From assembly GCA_036689225.1 (NCBI GenBank), contig CP144768.1, positions 236,408 through 268,407 of the forward strand: a DNA stretch of 32,000 nt, given 5' to 3'. Every line of letters starts with the position of its first letter. Position 1 is the first letter of the stretch. The translations under genes were made by a program, and so were the position numbers. The stretch comes from Candidatus Saccharimonadota bacterium (GTDB taxonomy: Bacteria > Pseudomonadota > Gammaproteobacteria > Enterobacterales > Enterobacteriaceae). Positions 1 to 12,307 of the stretch are shown here, piece by piece. The notes below the pieces were generated by a model that was not told the origin of the DNA, did not search any database, and saw only the letters and a program-made list of their open reading frames with translations.

Positions 1-223
1 CTTTATAATATATAGCAATATCAGCTCCAAATATTGGTTTTATACCATAAAATAAAGATTTTTTATAAAATTTTATAATACCAGATAAACTAAAATAATC
101 TGTTAAAGCAATAGAAGGAATATTTAATTCATAAGATTTTTTTAATATATCATCTATTTTACATATACTATCTTTTATAGAATAATCACTATGTACATTA
201 AGATGTATAAATTTAGGATCCAT
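1..223 (-). CDS. dnaE: DNA polymerase III alpha subunit, N-terminal part (gene runs off the window start)
   Basis: Minus-strand ATG at 221-223. My translation is MDPKFIHLNVHSDYSIKDSICKIDDILKKSYELNIPSIALTDYFSLSGIIKFYKKSLFYGIKPIFGADI, which is the PHP-domain N-terminus of Pol III alpha (HLxVHSxYS ... ALTDxxxLxG ... GIKPIxG). The ORF is still open at position 1. Confidence 0.85.
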   Translation of the reverse strand, partial: MDPKFIHLNVHSDYSIKDSICKIDDILKKSYELNIPSIALTDYFSLSGIIKFYKKSLFYGIKPIFGADIAIYYK

Positions 224-237
224 CATAATAATATATA

Positions 238-735
238 CTAGTTAATTTTTTTAATTATATAATTAGTAATATCTAAAATATTATAACTATGATAAATAAT
301 AAAATTAGAATCAATAATTAAATCATAATTATATTTTTTAATAAAAATATTTATTATATTTTTAATTTTAAATAATATTTTATTATATATATTAATATTT
401 TTTTTATTTAATCATAACTGCAATTTTTTAAATTTATTAAATATAATTTTTTTTTTAAAATTAATTTTATTATTTAAAAAAAATAATTTTTTTTTATTTA
501 ATAAATTTTTTTTTTTATTAATTTTTTTTTCTTGATTTAATAAATTATTTATTTTAATATTTAATTTAAAATATTTTTTATTAATTTTAATATTTAAATA
601 CTTAACAAATCTTTTATATTTAATAGAATTTTTTATTATATTATTAAAATTTATAATAACAATTTTAGGATAAGAAAAAACATAATTACTAAAAAATAAA
701 AAACTAAAAAAAAATAATTTAAAATATTTCTTCAT
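238..735 (-). CDS. skp: Periplasmic chaperone Skp (OmpH-like)
   Basis: Track ORF 412..735 stops at TGA (412-414). Reading TGA as Trp extends it to TAG at 238-240, giving 165 aa, the normal Skp size. The N-terminus MKKYFKLFFFSFLFFSNYVFS looks like a signal peptide. The extended C-terminus YNYDLIIDSNFIIYHSYNILDITNYIIKKIN resembles the Skp C-terminus (GYDLVxD...DITxxV). It lies directly downstream of bamA, as in other proteobacteria. Confidence 0.75.
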
Positions 736-744
736 ATATATTAA

Positions 745-3150
745 TTATATATTATTACCAATACTAAATTGAAAATAATTTATTTCATTATTATTATTAT
801 ATTTTATAGGTATACCAAATGATAAATTCAACATTCCTATAGGAGTTATAACATTAAATGAAGTTCCAATAGATAATCTTATCATATTTTTATAATTATA
901 AAATATATTATTATTAAAATTTTTAAAAATATTTTTTCAATTAGTATTTAATATTAAACCTGTATCTAAAAAAAAAGAAATACGAATATATTTAGAATAA
1001 TAATTATTTAAAAAATAATAATTAGGTATTATAATATTTAAATTATTTGATAAAATCAAATTCCCACCATAAAAATTATTTGAAAAACATATTTTTTTAT
1101 TTTTTTTACATTTATAATTTTTAGAATTTATAAATATTTTATTAAAACCAATATTTTCATAATTAAAACCACGTAAAAAATTATTATTATTACCAGAATA
1201 AAAATATTCATAAAAAGGTATTTTTTTTTTATTTAAATTACTAACATATCCAATATTACTATACAAATAAAATATTAAATTTTTATATTTATTTAAAGGA
1301 ATATAATTAGAAAAAGAAAAATATATTTTATAATAATTATTATTTAAACTAAATAAAGTATATTTATTATATATATCTATATAATAACCTGAATTAGGAA
1401 ATATATTATTATCTAATTTATTTAATGATAAATTATTTATTAAAAAAAAATCATTTATATGTAAATTATTATTTAAAGAATTTAAATTATATTTTTTATT
1501 TATAGAATTAAAATATTCTAAAGAAGATAATTGTGATTTTATATTATATAAATAATTATAAGTATAATTTAAAGATAATTTATATTTTAAATAATTACTA
1601 ATTAAAAAAATAATACTATTTTCTATACCATAACTAAAATTTAAATATCCATAATCATTTAAATTATCATATAAAATATTATCAAATAAAAATTTATGTT
1701 TTAAATATATATTATTATTAATTGGATAATAAAAAAAAATATTCCCAAATTTACCAAATTTATTTCTTAAATTTTTAATTAAAAAATTACTATCATTTAT
1801 AAAAATATTTTTTTTAGAAAATACAAAATCATAATTTATATAACTTTTTCTACCATAACCCATATTAAAATTAAATATATTATTGTCATTTTCTATAACT
1901 TTATAAATTATATTTATTTTATTAGAACTATTTATATTAATAAATTTCTCTTTATATTTTATTAAAGAAAAAAGATTAGTATTTTTTAAATTTAAAATAC
2001 CTTTTTTAATTAAAAAAATATTATATAACTCATTTTTAAAAATAGGTATTTTTTTAATTAAAAAATTAAAATTATTTTTTTTATTACCTTTAAATAAAAT
2101 TTTATTAATATAATATTTTATATTAAAATTAATATTTATAAAAAAAATAATATTATTATTTTTTATTTTTTTATATTTAATTTTTATATTTAAATTAGCA
2201 TAACCTTTATTTTTAAAAAAAAAATTAATATAATAAATAATTTTTTTAATTTTATTATATTCATAAAAATTATTTTTTATTAAAAATTTTTTTTTAATTA
2301 AATATAATATTTTATTAAATTTTAAAATATCACTTTTAAAAATAATATTAAATATTTTATATTTTTTACCTTCATTTAAATATATAAAAATATTTAATAT
2401 ATTTTTTTTATAAAATTTAATTTTAATTTTTTTTATAAAAAAATCTAAATAACCTTTATTAAAATAATAATATTTTATATTTTCTAAATCTTTAATAAAA
2501 TTATTATAATAAAAATTATTATTAAATAATAAATCTAATATTATATTAGATTGTTTTATTTTCATTAAAGAAAATATTATATTTTTATTTATATTAATAT
2601 TACCTAAAATATTTATTTTATTTACTTTTAAAAAATCTTCTTCTTTTATAATTAATTTTAATAAACATTTATTTTTATTTAAATTAATTTTAAAAAAATC
2701 TATTTTAATATTATATTTACCTATTTTTTTATATTTATTAATTAAATAAATTTTAAATTTTAAAATATTATAATTATTTAAAAATTTACCATAATTAATA
2801 TTAAATTTATTTAAAAAATATAATATTTTATAATCATTAAATAATTTATTACCAAAAATAAATATATTATTAATAATATATTTATATTTTAATAAAAATA
2901 ATATATTTTTATTTTTTAAAAAAAAAAATTTTATATTATTAAAATGACCTAATTTATATAAAAATTTTTTTATATTATATATATTATTTTTATATATATA
3001 TTTATTAAATTTTTTTTTTAATTTATTCTTATAATAATAAGAATTAATATTATTATTTTTAATATTTAAAATAATATTTTTTAATTTATAAAATTTATTA
3101 GAATAAGAATTAGAATAAATTAATAACAATAAAAATAAAAAAATATACAT
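745..3150 (-). CDS. bamA: Outer membrane protein assembly factor BamA (Omp85 family)
   Basis: Track ORF 937..3180 stops at TGA (937-939). With TGA=Trp it continues to TAA at 745-747, and the C-terminus ...NEINYFQFSIGNNI matches the BamA terminal strand (FQFxxG). It is about 800 aa and sits between uppS and skp. I take ATG 3148-3150 as the start (MYIFLFLLLLIYSNSYS, signal-like). The TTG at 3178-3180 used by the track is an alternative but would overlap uppS by 20 nt. Confidence 0.85.
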
Positions 3151-3160
3151 AAAATTATAT

Positions 3161-3883
3161 TTATAAAAAAATTTTTCCAAATTTTCTATTTCTTAAAAAG
3201 AAACTATTAATTATATTTTTAAAATCAATACATTTAAAATCAGGTCATAAAGTATTTACAAAAAAAATTTCAGAATATGCAATTTGTCATAATAAAAAAT
3301 TACTTATTCTTTTTTCTCCACCTGTACGTATTAGTAAATCTACTGAAGGTAAATTACCTAAACATAAATTTTTATTTACAAAATTTTCATTTATATCTTT
3401 TATATTAATAATACTTTTATTATTTTTTTTTAATATTTTTTTTATACAATTTATAATATCTCATTTACCACTATAATTTATAGCAATATTTAATTTTAAA
3501 CCAGTATTATTTTTAGTTAAATATTTTATATCTTTTATATTTTTATTTAAATTATAATAAAATTTATTTTTATTTCCTATAATATTTACACAAATATTTT
3601 TATTATGTAAAATATACATTTGATTTTTTATAGTTAAAGAAAATAATCTCATTAATTCAGATACTTCTAAAGAAGGTCTATATCAATTTTCAGTACTAAA
3701 AGCATATAAAGTTAATATTTTTAAATTAATATTAACTGAAAAATTAATAATATCATTTAAAGATTTTAAACCTTTCTTATGTCCTAAAATACGAGATAAT
3801 CCTCTTTTAGTAGCTCATCTACCATTACCATCCATAATAATAGCAATATGATTTATTTTATTTAAATTATTTTTATTTAACAT
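3161..3883 (-). CDS. uppS: Undecaprenyl diphosphate synthase
   Basis: From ATG 3881-3883 I read [42 protein letters not shown]...LTLYAFSTENWYRPSLEVSELMRLF..., then NYSGKWDI...[35 protein letters not shown]. These are canonical UppS motifs. Five in-frame TGA codons fall at conserved Trp positions, for example GNGRW at 3815-3817. The stop is TAA at 3161-3163, giving 240 aa. Track ORF 3461..3652 is an internal fragment. Confidence 0.93.
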
Positions 3884-3887
3884 TAAA

Positions 3888-4454
3888 TTATAAATTTAAT
3901 ATATTTTTTTTTTTATTATTAAATAAAATATCTAATTTATTTATATATAAATTAGTATTTTTTTGTAATAAAAAACAAAATTTATTTTTTTCATCTTTAC
4001 TATAAGTAATATTTTTTATTAATAATTTAATTTTATTATTAAAATATTTTCTAATATTTCTTATAGAAATTTTTGATAATTCAAATTCTTTTTTTAATAA
4101 TTTAATAAAAAAAAATCTTTTTTCTTCAGTTAAAGGAGGAATAAATATTAATATATCATTTTTATTTTCATTAAGATTTAAATTTAAATTTAAAGATAAA
4201 ATACTTTTTTTTACAATATTTTTAATATTTTTATCAAATAAACAAATTCTAAAACAACACCTTTTTTCTATAGATATTTTAGATAATTTATTCAAAAAAA
4301 TTTTTTTTCCATAATAATTAATTAATAAATTTGAAATAACATTAACATCTAAAAAATTAATATTAAATTTATTTATATTTTTTTTAAAATTTATTAAACA
4401 TATTTCCATTTTTTTTTTTATATCTAATTCATTTATATACTCTAATATATTCAT
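3888..4454 (-). CDS. frr: Ribosome recycling factor
   Basis: The 188 aa ORF contains ...INYYGKKIFLNKLSKISIE...IFIPPLTEEKRFFFIKLLKKEFELSKISIRNIRKYFNNKIK, collinear with Frr (PPLTEERR...AKVAIRNIRRDAN). frr sits upstream of uppS, the conserved order. Confidence 0.9.
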   Translation of the reverse strand: MNILEYINELDIKKKMEICLINFKKNINKFNINFLDVNVISNLLINYYGKKIFLNKLSKISIEKRCCFRICLFDKNIKNIVKKSILSLNLNLNLNENKNDILIFIPPLTEEKRFFFIKLLKKEFELSKISIRNIRKYFNNKIKLLIKNITYSKDEKNKFCFLLQKNTNLYINKLDILFNNKKKNILNL

Positions 4455-4486
4455 ATTAAATATTATATCAAATAAAATTAAATATA

Positions 4487-5980
4487 TTAATCATCTAAAA
4501 AACTACGTAACAAATCAGATCTACTAGGATGACGTAACTTACGTAAAGCCTTAGCTTCTATTTGTCTAATTCTTTCTCTAGTAACATCAAATTGTTTACC
4601 AACTTCTTCTAAAGTATGATCACTATTCATATCTATACCAAAACGCATTTTTAAAACTTTAGCTTCTCTAGGAGTAAGACTAGATAATACATTATTAGTT
4701 ACAGATTTTAAACTATCAGAAGTTGCAGAATCTAAAGGTAATTCTAAAGAAGAATCTTCTATAAAATCTCTAAGATGTAAATCTTCATCTTCACCAATAG
4801 GTGTTTCCATAGAAATAGGTTCTTTAGCTATTTTTAATATTTTTCTTATTTTATCTTCAGAAATTAACATATATACAGATAATTCTTCAGGAGTAGGTTC
4901 TCTACCTATTTCTTGTAAAACTCTTCTAGAAATTCTATTTAATTTATTTATAGTCTCAATCATATGAACAGGAATTCTAATAGTACGAGCTTGATCAGCT
5001 ATAGATCTAGTAATAGCTTGACGTATTCATCAAGTTGCATAAGTAGAAAATTTATAACCTCTTTTATATTCAAATTTATCTACTGCTTTCATTAAACCAA
5101 TATTACCTTCTTGAATTAAATCTAAAAATTGTAAACCTCTATTAGTATATTTTTTAGCAATAGAAATTACTAATCTTAAATTTGATTCAACCATTTCTTT
5201 TTTAGCTAATTTAGTTTTAATTTGATTATATATTATATATTTATTAATTTTTTTAATTTTAAATATACTTAAATGAAAATATTTTTCTATTATATATAAA
5301 TTTTTCAATTTTTTTTTTAATTTATTAATTATTTTATTAAATTTATTTGATCATATTTTATTATTATTATTTATTTTATTTAATCATATTAAATTAGTAC
5401 CATAATTATTATAATAATAATAAAATATTTTTTTTGGGATTAAACAATAATTTACACATAAATCAAAAATTTTATTCTCTATATTTTTAATTAAATTAAT
5501 TATATTTTTAATTTTTTTTAATAAATAATTAAATTGTTTAGGAACTAATTTAAATTGCATAAATAATTTTATTAATTTATTCAATTCAAATATTGTATAA
5601 GGATGATTAATAGTATATTTTTTAATATATTTATCTAATAATTTATATTGAATATACAAACAATTAAATTTTTTTCTAATAATATCATTATTTAAAAAAT
5701 TTATACGAAAATTACTATTTTTATTTTTTTTTTTATTTAATTTATAAATATTATTTATAATTAATTTATTATTTATACTATAATCAATAAAACCAATTAT
5801 TAAATCAGATAAACGTAATTTTCCTTTTTTTACTAATAAATATTGATTTAAAAAAAAATATATAGATTTAAATAATTTAGCAATATAAAATTGAGTATTA
5901 TATATACCTTTTTCAATACGTTTTGCTATATTAATTTCATCATTTCTAGTTAATAAATTTATTGTACATATTTCATTCAT
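4487..5980 (-). CDS. rpoD: RNA polymerase primary sigma factor (sigma-70), lacking region 1.1
   Basis: Track ORFs 5384..5980, 5030..5308 and 4487..4963 are in one frame and are joined by TGA codons, including a tandem pair at 5027-5032 that gives [37 protein letters not shown] (region 2.3/2.4). The C-terminus [32 protein letters not shown] is region 4.2. The N-terminus [26 protein letters not shown] is region 1.2. Total length is 497 aa. Confidence 0.95.
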
Positions 5981-6149
5981 ATAAATTCCTACAAAATATT
6001 ACTATTTATATTTATTTTCGATATTATATTACTAAAAAAAAATATATTTTTATTTTTCTTTTAAAAAATAAATTATTTAATATCCAATTTTTTCTATTTA
6101 ATATTTTTATATAACAATTTTTATAATATATTTAAAATATTTTATAATA

Positions 6150-7889
6150 TTATAAATTTAAATTTTTTAATTTTATTAAATTTCATACTTTTTTTTTTCT
6201 ATTAAAATTTCAACCAAAAAAATATGATTTTAAATAATAATATTGAATTTTTTCGTTAATCAAAAAAATTTTTACTTTACGTAAAATATTTAAAAAAACT
6301 AATTTTTCATCATTTTTTTTTATATATATAAAATTATTACTATATAAATATTCTATATAAAATCTTATTCTATAACTTTTAAAAAAATTTATAATATTTA
6401 ATATATTAATATTATTATTACATATACAAATATTAACTATTTTTAAAAACAAAGATAAAATATAAATATTTTTAAATTTAAATATTTTATCATTTATATT
6501 TACAAAATTTGATAAATAAATATATTTTAATAATATACTTATTAAACAACGAAAAATATTTTTATTTTTATTAAATATTTTATCAACTGAAAAATTTTTT
6601 AATATACTAATAATTTTATTTTGATTTAAACCAATTTTTTTAGATAATTTATGAAATAATAATAATTTAATAACAGGAGAATTAATTTTTTTAATATAAA
6701 ATAAAATATAATTTATAAAAAAAAATTTATTTTTATAAAATAATTTACTTTTATTATATAATAAATTAAATAACACATCATATAAAGATTTTGCATTATT
6801 AATTTTATTATTAAAATTTAAAATACCATATTTTTTTACAAATGAATCTGGATCTTCATTAAAAGGTAAAAAAATAAAATATGATTTTCTATTTTCATTA
6901 ATATTTTTTAAAAGTAAAAATAAAGTTTTTTTAATTGATAAAAAACCTGATTTATCACCATCAAAACAAAAAATTATTGAATTAGTATAATAATATAAAA
7001 AATTAATTTGTTTATAACATATAGAAGATCCTAATAATCCTACAACATAATATATACCATATTTATTCAAAGTAATAACATCAAAATAACCTTCAACAAT
7101 TAATATTTTTTCTAATTTTAAATTTTTATTTCTAATAAAATTAAAACCATATAAACAATATTTTTTATTAAAAAAAAAATTTTTTTTAATATTAATATAT
7201 TTATATTTATATTTTTTATATATTGTACGACCACCAAATGCTATAACATTATTATATATATCATATATAGGAAATATAATACGATTATATAAATTATCAT
7301 AAATTTTATTTTTATCTTTTTTTAAAAACCCTAATTTAATTAAAAATTTTATTTCATAATTATTTAATAATTTTAAAAAAATTTTTATAATATCATAAGA
7401 TGAATAACCTATAAGAAAATATTTAATTAATTTTATATTAATACCTCTATTAAATAAAAATTCTTTTATATAATAAGAATTTTTATTTAATAATAAACAA
7501 TTATGATAAATATAACTAATTTTAAACATTAATTTAAAATAATAAAATTTATTTTTATGTTTATTATTATAATTATTAATATTATTTAAATAATTAAATT
7601 TAAATTTTATACCACAAATATTAGATAATTCTTTTATACTATCTAAAAAATTTATATTATTAAAACGCATTAAAAAATCTATTACATTACCATATGTTTT
7701 ACAACCAAAACAATAATAATAATTTTTATTTTCATTAATTATAAATGAAGGATTTTTTTCTGAATGAAAAGGACATATAGATATATATCTATTACCAACT
7801 TTTTTAACATTAATTTTTGAAGATATAATTTTAACTATATTACTATGACTTAATATTTTTTTAATATAATCACGAGAAATATATTTCAT
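6150..7889 (-). CDS. dnaG: DNA primase
   Basis: The N-terminal CHC2 zinc finger is present (ISICPFHSEKNPSFIINENKNYYYCFGCKTYGNVIDF) and a TOPRIM-like region follows (ILIVEGYFDVITL...FDGDKSG). Track ORF 6210..7889 ends at TGA. With TGA=Trp it runs to TAA at 6150-6152, giving 579 aa. It lies between rpsU and rpoD. Confidence 0.9.
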
Positions 7890-7908
7890 AATAATTACTT
7901 AAAATTTT

Positions 7909-8109
7909 TTATTTTTTATTTTTAAAAAATTTATTTTTAATTCTTCTTTTTATAGCTAAATTTTTAGCTTTTTTTCTTTTAGTAGTAGGTTTTTCATAAA
8001 ATTCTCTTTTTTTTATTTCAGTTAAAATACCTGACTTTTCACAAGATCTTTTAAATCTACGTAAAGCTATATCAAAAGGTTCATTTTCTTTAATTATAAT
8101 AGTAGGCAT
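7909..8109 (-). CDS. rpsU: 30S ribosomal protein S21
   Basis: [47 protein letters not shown] is collinear with bacterial S21. It is the first gene of a conserved rpsU-dnaG-rpoD operon. Confidence 0.95.
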   Translation of the reverse strand: MPTIIIKENEPFDIALRRFKRSCEKSGILTEIKKREFYEKPTTKRKKAKNLAIKRRIKNKFFKNKK

Positions 8110-8113
8110 AAAT

Positions 8114-8119
8114 TTCCTT
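8114..8119 (-). promoter_or_regulatory. Shine-Dalgarno-like AAGGAA upstream of rpsU
   Basis: Plus-strand ttcctt at 8114-8119 reads AAGGAA on the mRNA, 4 nt upstream of the rpsU ATG (8107-8109). It is a rare purine/G cluster in otherwise A/T-only flanking sequence. Confidence 0.5.
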
Positions 8120-8202
8120 CAATAAATTTAAAATTTGTTCTATATTTATATTTTATATTATAAAATAATATTTAATATTAACATAATTAATAAATAAAAA
8201 AA

Positions 8203-9216
8203 ATGATTATATTTGGTATTGAAACATCATGCGATGAAACTAGTATAAGTTTATATGATAATAAAAAAGGAATAATAATTAATAAAATATATAGTCAATC
8301 ATATATACACTCAAAATATGGAGGAGTAGTACCTAATATAGCTTCAAAAAATCACTCAAAAAAAATAATAAAATTAATAAAAAATGTAATTAAAAAAACT
8401 TTAATTAAAATAGAAAATATAAAAGCAATAGCTTTTACTGCAGGACCTGGATTATCAAGTTCATTAATAATAGGATCTACAGTAGCTAATACTATATCTT
8501 TTTTATATAATAAACCATGTATACCTATAAATCATATAGAAGGTCATATATTATCTATTATGATATCAAAAAAAAAACCTAAATTTCCTTTTATATCATT
8601 AATAACATCTGGAGCTCATACAATATTAACAATAGTAAATAATTTTAATAAATATAAAATTATAGGAAATTGTTTAGATGATTCAGCTGGAGAAACATTT
8701 GATAAAATAGGAAATATAATTAATCTAAAATATCCTGCAGGAGAAAAAATTTCAAAATTTGCTAAATATAGTAAAAAAAAATTTATTTTTCCAAAACCAA
8801 TTACATCAAATAAAAATAATTTTAATTTTAGTTTTTCAGGATTAAAAACATATGTAATAAATTTTATAAAAAAAAATAAAATAAATTTACAATTTAAATA
8901 TGATTTATCAAATTCTATAGAAGAAACAATAACAGATATTTTAATTATAAAATGTATAAATGCAGCAAAAAAATATAATATAAATAGAATTAGTATAGTT
9001 GGAGGAGTTAGTTCAAATAAAAAATTAAGAAAAAAAATGTCAAAAGAAGCTAAAAAACATAAAATAAAAACTTTTTTTCCAAATAAAAATTTATGTACAG
9101 ATAATGCTGCTATGATAGCATATACTGGTTATATAAAATATATAACAAAAAAATTTAAAAAAAATAATTTTATAATAAAAATAAAATCTAATTGAAAAAT
9201 AAATGAAAAATTTTAA
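8203..9216 (+). CDS. tsaD: tRNA N6-adenosine threonylcarbamoyltransferase
   Basis: MIIFGIETSCDETSISLYD...YGGVVPNIASKNHSKKI...TAGPGLSSSLIIGS...INHIEGHI and the Kae1/TsaD motifs are collinear. Track ORF 8203..9195 ends at TGA. With TGA=Trp it extends 7 codons to TAA at 9214-9216. It is divergent from rpsU, as in E. coli. Confidence 0.92.
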
Positions 9217-9220
9217 TATT

Positions 9221-10420
9221 TTAAAATAATTTATTTATAAAAATATTTTTTAAAAAAAAATATATTTTTTTATATCTTAAAATTTTAATTTTTTTACTTA
9301 TAAAAATACCAATATATCCTAATTTAATTAAATATTTATTTTTTATATTTTTACATATAATATATATATCTAAAATATATTTTTCTAAAAAAAATAATAA
9401 TTTATTTTTTAAAGGCAATAATTTTATAAAATTTATAAATTTACGTAAAAAAAATAAATTATTAACATTTCTTCAAACATTAATAATATTTAATAAATTT
9501 AAAATCATTATAGATAATATTTCATTTTTATAAAAAAAAACTTTATATAAAAAATTATATATATTCTTAAATAAAATAAAAAATTTTTTTGGTAATTTTA
9601 ATCTTTTGCAAAAAATAAAAACTTTATTTAAAGTATAATATTTTTTATAAAAATATTTTTTTGAAATTATAGAATATCCAAAAAAAGAAAATAAACATAA
9701 TAAAATAATTTCTAATCCTAATTTATAATTACTATTATTATTAAATAATAATTTAAAATAATATTTTTTTTTTTTATTATTAAAAATAGAAAATATTTCA
9801 GGATAAATTATATTATTTATATTATAAATATTTAATAAATTAAAATATATAAATAAATTTCCTTTTAAAAAAACTTTTTTAGTTTCCAATCAAATTCTTT
9901 CAGGTTTTAAATATAAAAGTTCACCAGATTTAACAATTTTTTCAATCAAATTTAAAGTTTTTTTATGAATTATAAAACCAAATTTATAATAAAAAGAATA
10001 AATTTTAAATAATCTTAAAACTCTTAAAGGATCTTCAGAAAAATGAAAAGAAACATGTTTAATAATACGATTATTTATATCATTAATACCTCCAAAAAAA
10101 TCATAATATATACCTTTTTTATAGGCTATAGCATTAATAGTTAAATCTCTTCTATATAAATCTTCTTTTAAAGTAATTTTTTTAGAAAAATTACATAAAA
10201 AACCTTTATATCCTTTATTTATTTTAATTTCTTTACGAGCTAAAGCATATTCTTCATAAGTAATAGGATGTAAAAAAACTGGAAAACTATTACCAATAGG
10301 TATAAAACCTAAATTAATCATTTCTTTATAAGAAGATCCTATAATAACTCAATCTCTATCTCTTACATTTAATCCTAATAATTTATCACGTACAGCACCA
10401 CCAACAAGAAAAATTTTCAT
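9221..10420 (-). CDS. cca: CCA-adding tRNA nucleotidyltransferase
   Basis: From ATG 10418-10420 I read [64 protein letters not shown]...RRDLTINAIA...EDPLRVLR...LKPERIW, collinear with E. coli Cca. Track ORFs 9890..10321, 9473..9889 and 9221..9418 are one frame joined by TGA codons. Length is 399 aa and the stop is TAA at 9221-9223. Confidence 0.9.
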
Positions 10421-10440
10421 TATATATAAAATTAAAATTA

Positions 10441-10674
10441 TTATTTTTTTTTATTTAAAAAAATATCTAATATATTATTATCTATTAAATCATTTTGAAT
10501 TTCTTTTAATGCCAAAATTGTACATTTATCATTTTTTAATTCTTTTAAATAATTATTTCTAGAAAAAATTTGTATTTGTCTAGCTCTAAAAGATGCTATT
10601 AAAACAAGATCAAATCTATTACCAATTTTTTTAATTATATTTTCAATAATCAAATTAGACATATTATTTACCAT
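10441..10674 (-). CDS. rpoZ: RNA polymerase omega subunit
   Basis: ...IIENIIKKIGNRFDLVLIASFRARQIQ...NDKCTILALKEIQNDLIDNNIL matches the omega core (KxGNRFDLVLxAARRARQ ... ALREI). The true start may be the internal Met at codon 5. Confidence 0.88.
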   Translation of the reverse strand: MVNNMSNLIIENIIKKIGNRFDLVLIASFRARQIQIFSRNNYLKELKNDKCTILALKEIQNDLIDNNILDIFLNKKK

Positions 10675-10677
10675 TAA

Positions 10678-12291
10678 TTAAAATATATTTTTATTTATAT
10701 GTTTATATAATATTTTATACTTATTTATTTTATGATTTAAAATAGGAATTTTAATTTTTTTTCAATATAATTTTATATTTAAAAATTTTTCTATTTTTTT
10801 AAAAATATTTGGAATAATAGGACTTAAATAAATAGAAATAATAGCAAAAGTATTTATTATAGTAGTACAAAATTTATGTAATTCATATTTTTTTTTATTT
10901 TGTTTACATATTAATCAAGGTTTATAATCATTAATATATTTATTTATTAAATCTATTAATTTATTAACTTCTAATATAACCTTAGAATAATTAAAATTTA
11001 AAAAATAATTATTTATTAAATCATATTTACTAATAAAAAAATTATAAAAATTATAATTTAATAATTCATTAGATAAATTATTATTATAATATTTATTTAT
11101 AAAAGGATATATTCTAGAAGGAATATTTATAAAATTATTAACAAAATTACAATTAATAATTTTTATAAAATCATTTATACATAAATTTATATCATTTATA
11201 TTATAAGATAATTTACTTGCAAAATAATATCTTAAACTATCAGAATCAAAAAATTTTAATCATTTTTTTATAGAAATAAAATTATTTTTAGATTTTGACA
11301 TTTTAAATCCATTTATTTTAATATGTCCATGAACTATAATATTAGTTGGTTTTCTAAAATTTAATACATCTAATATTATTGGTAATAATAATCCATGAAA
11401 ATATAATATATCTTTACCTATAAAATGATAAATTTCATAACTACTATCAATTTTTCAAAAATTATAAAATTCATAATAATTATTTAAATAACAATATTTT
11501 TTAAAAACACTTATATATCCTAAAATTGCATCTAATCATACATAAAATCATTTATTTAAAATATATTTATCAGGTATTTTAAATCCAAAATATGGATAAT
11601 CACGAGAAATATTTCAATTAATAAAATTATTATCTAAAAAAAATAATAATTGATTTTTTATTTCATTTTGAAAATTAGAATTTAATATTCAATTAAATAA
11701 TATTTTTTTATATTTTTTTATATTAATAAATAAATGATCAGTTTTTTTTAATATAGGAATACTATTAGATAGTAAAGAAATAGGATTAATTAAATCATAA
11801 GAATTATATATTTGATTACAATACTCACATACATCACCATATTGATTAAAATTTTTACATTTAGGACATTGACCTTTTATAAATCTATCAGGTAAAAAAA
11901 TATTTTTTTTTTTATCATAAAATTGATAAATACTTTTTTTATATAGTAAATTTTTATTATTTAAATTATTTAATAATAATAAACAATAAAAATAATTAAT
12001 TTTATTATGAGTAGTATAATAAATATCATGAAATATATTAAATCTTTTAAATTGTTTTTTATGATCTATTAATATATTTTTTATCATTATTTCAGGTAAT
12101 AAATTTAATTTATTAGCTTTAATCATTATTGCTGTTCCATGAGAATCATCTGAACATATAAAATAAACATTATTACCTAATAATCTTTGATATTTTACTC
12201 ATATATCAGCTTGTATATGTTCTAAAATATGTCCTAAATGTATAGGACCATTTGCATAAGGAAAAGCACAAGTAACTAAAATATTTTTCAT
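10678..12291 (-). CDS. metG: Methionyl-tRNA synthetase (short form, no C-terminal Trbp111-like domain)
   Basis: From ATG 12289-12291 I read [56 protein letters not shown]. The zinc knuckle [17 protein letters not shown] is present, as are [16 protein letters not shown] and YVWLDAILGY. KMSKS is in frame at 11290-11304. I checked the frame by hand from 12291 to 11221 and from 10800 to the TAA at 10678-10680. Length is 537 aa. Track ORF 11689..12126 is an internal fragment. Confidence 0.92.
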
Positions 12292-12307
12292 AAATAAAAA
12301 TAAAAAA

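Noticed and set aside
3178-3180. TTG used by the ORF track as the bamA start.
   Set aside because: It is possible, but it would overlap the uppS 3' end by 20 nt. ATG 3148-3150 begins a signal-peptide-like segment 10 nt after the uppS stop. I could not decide from sequence alone, so I used the ATG and recorded the TTG as an alternative.
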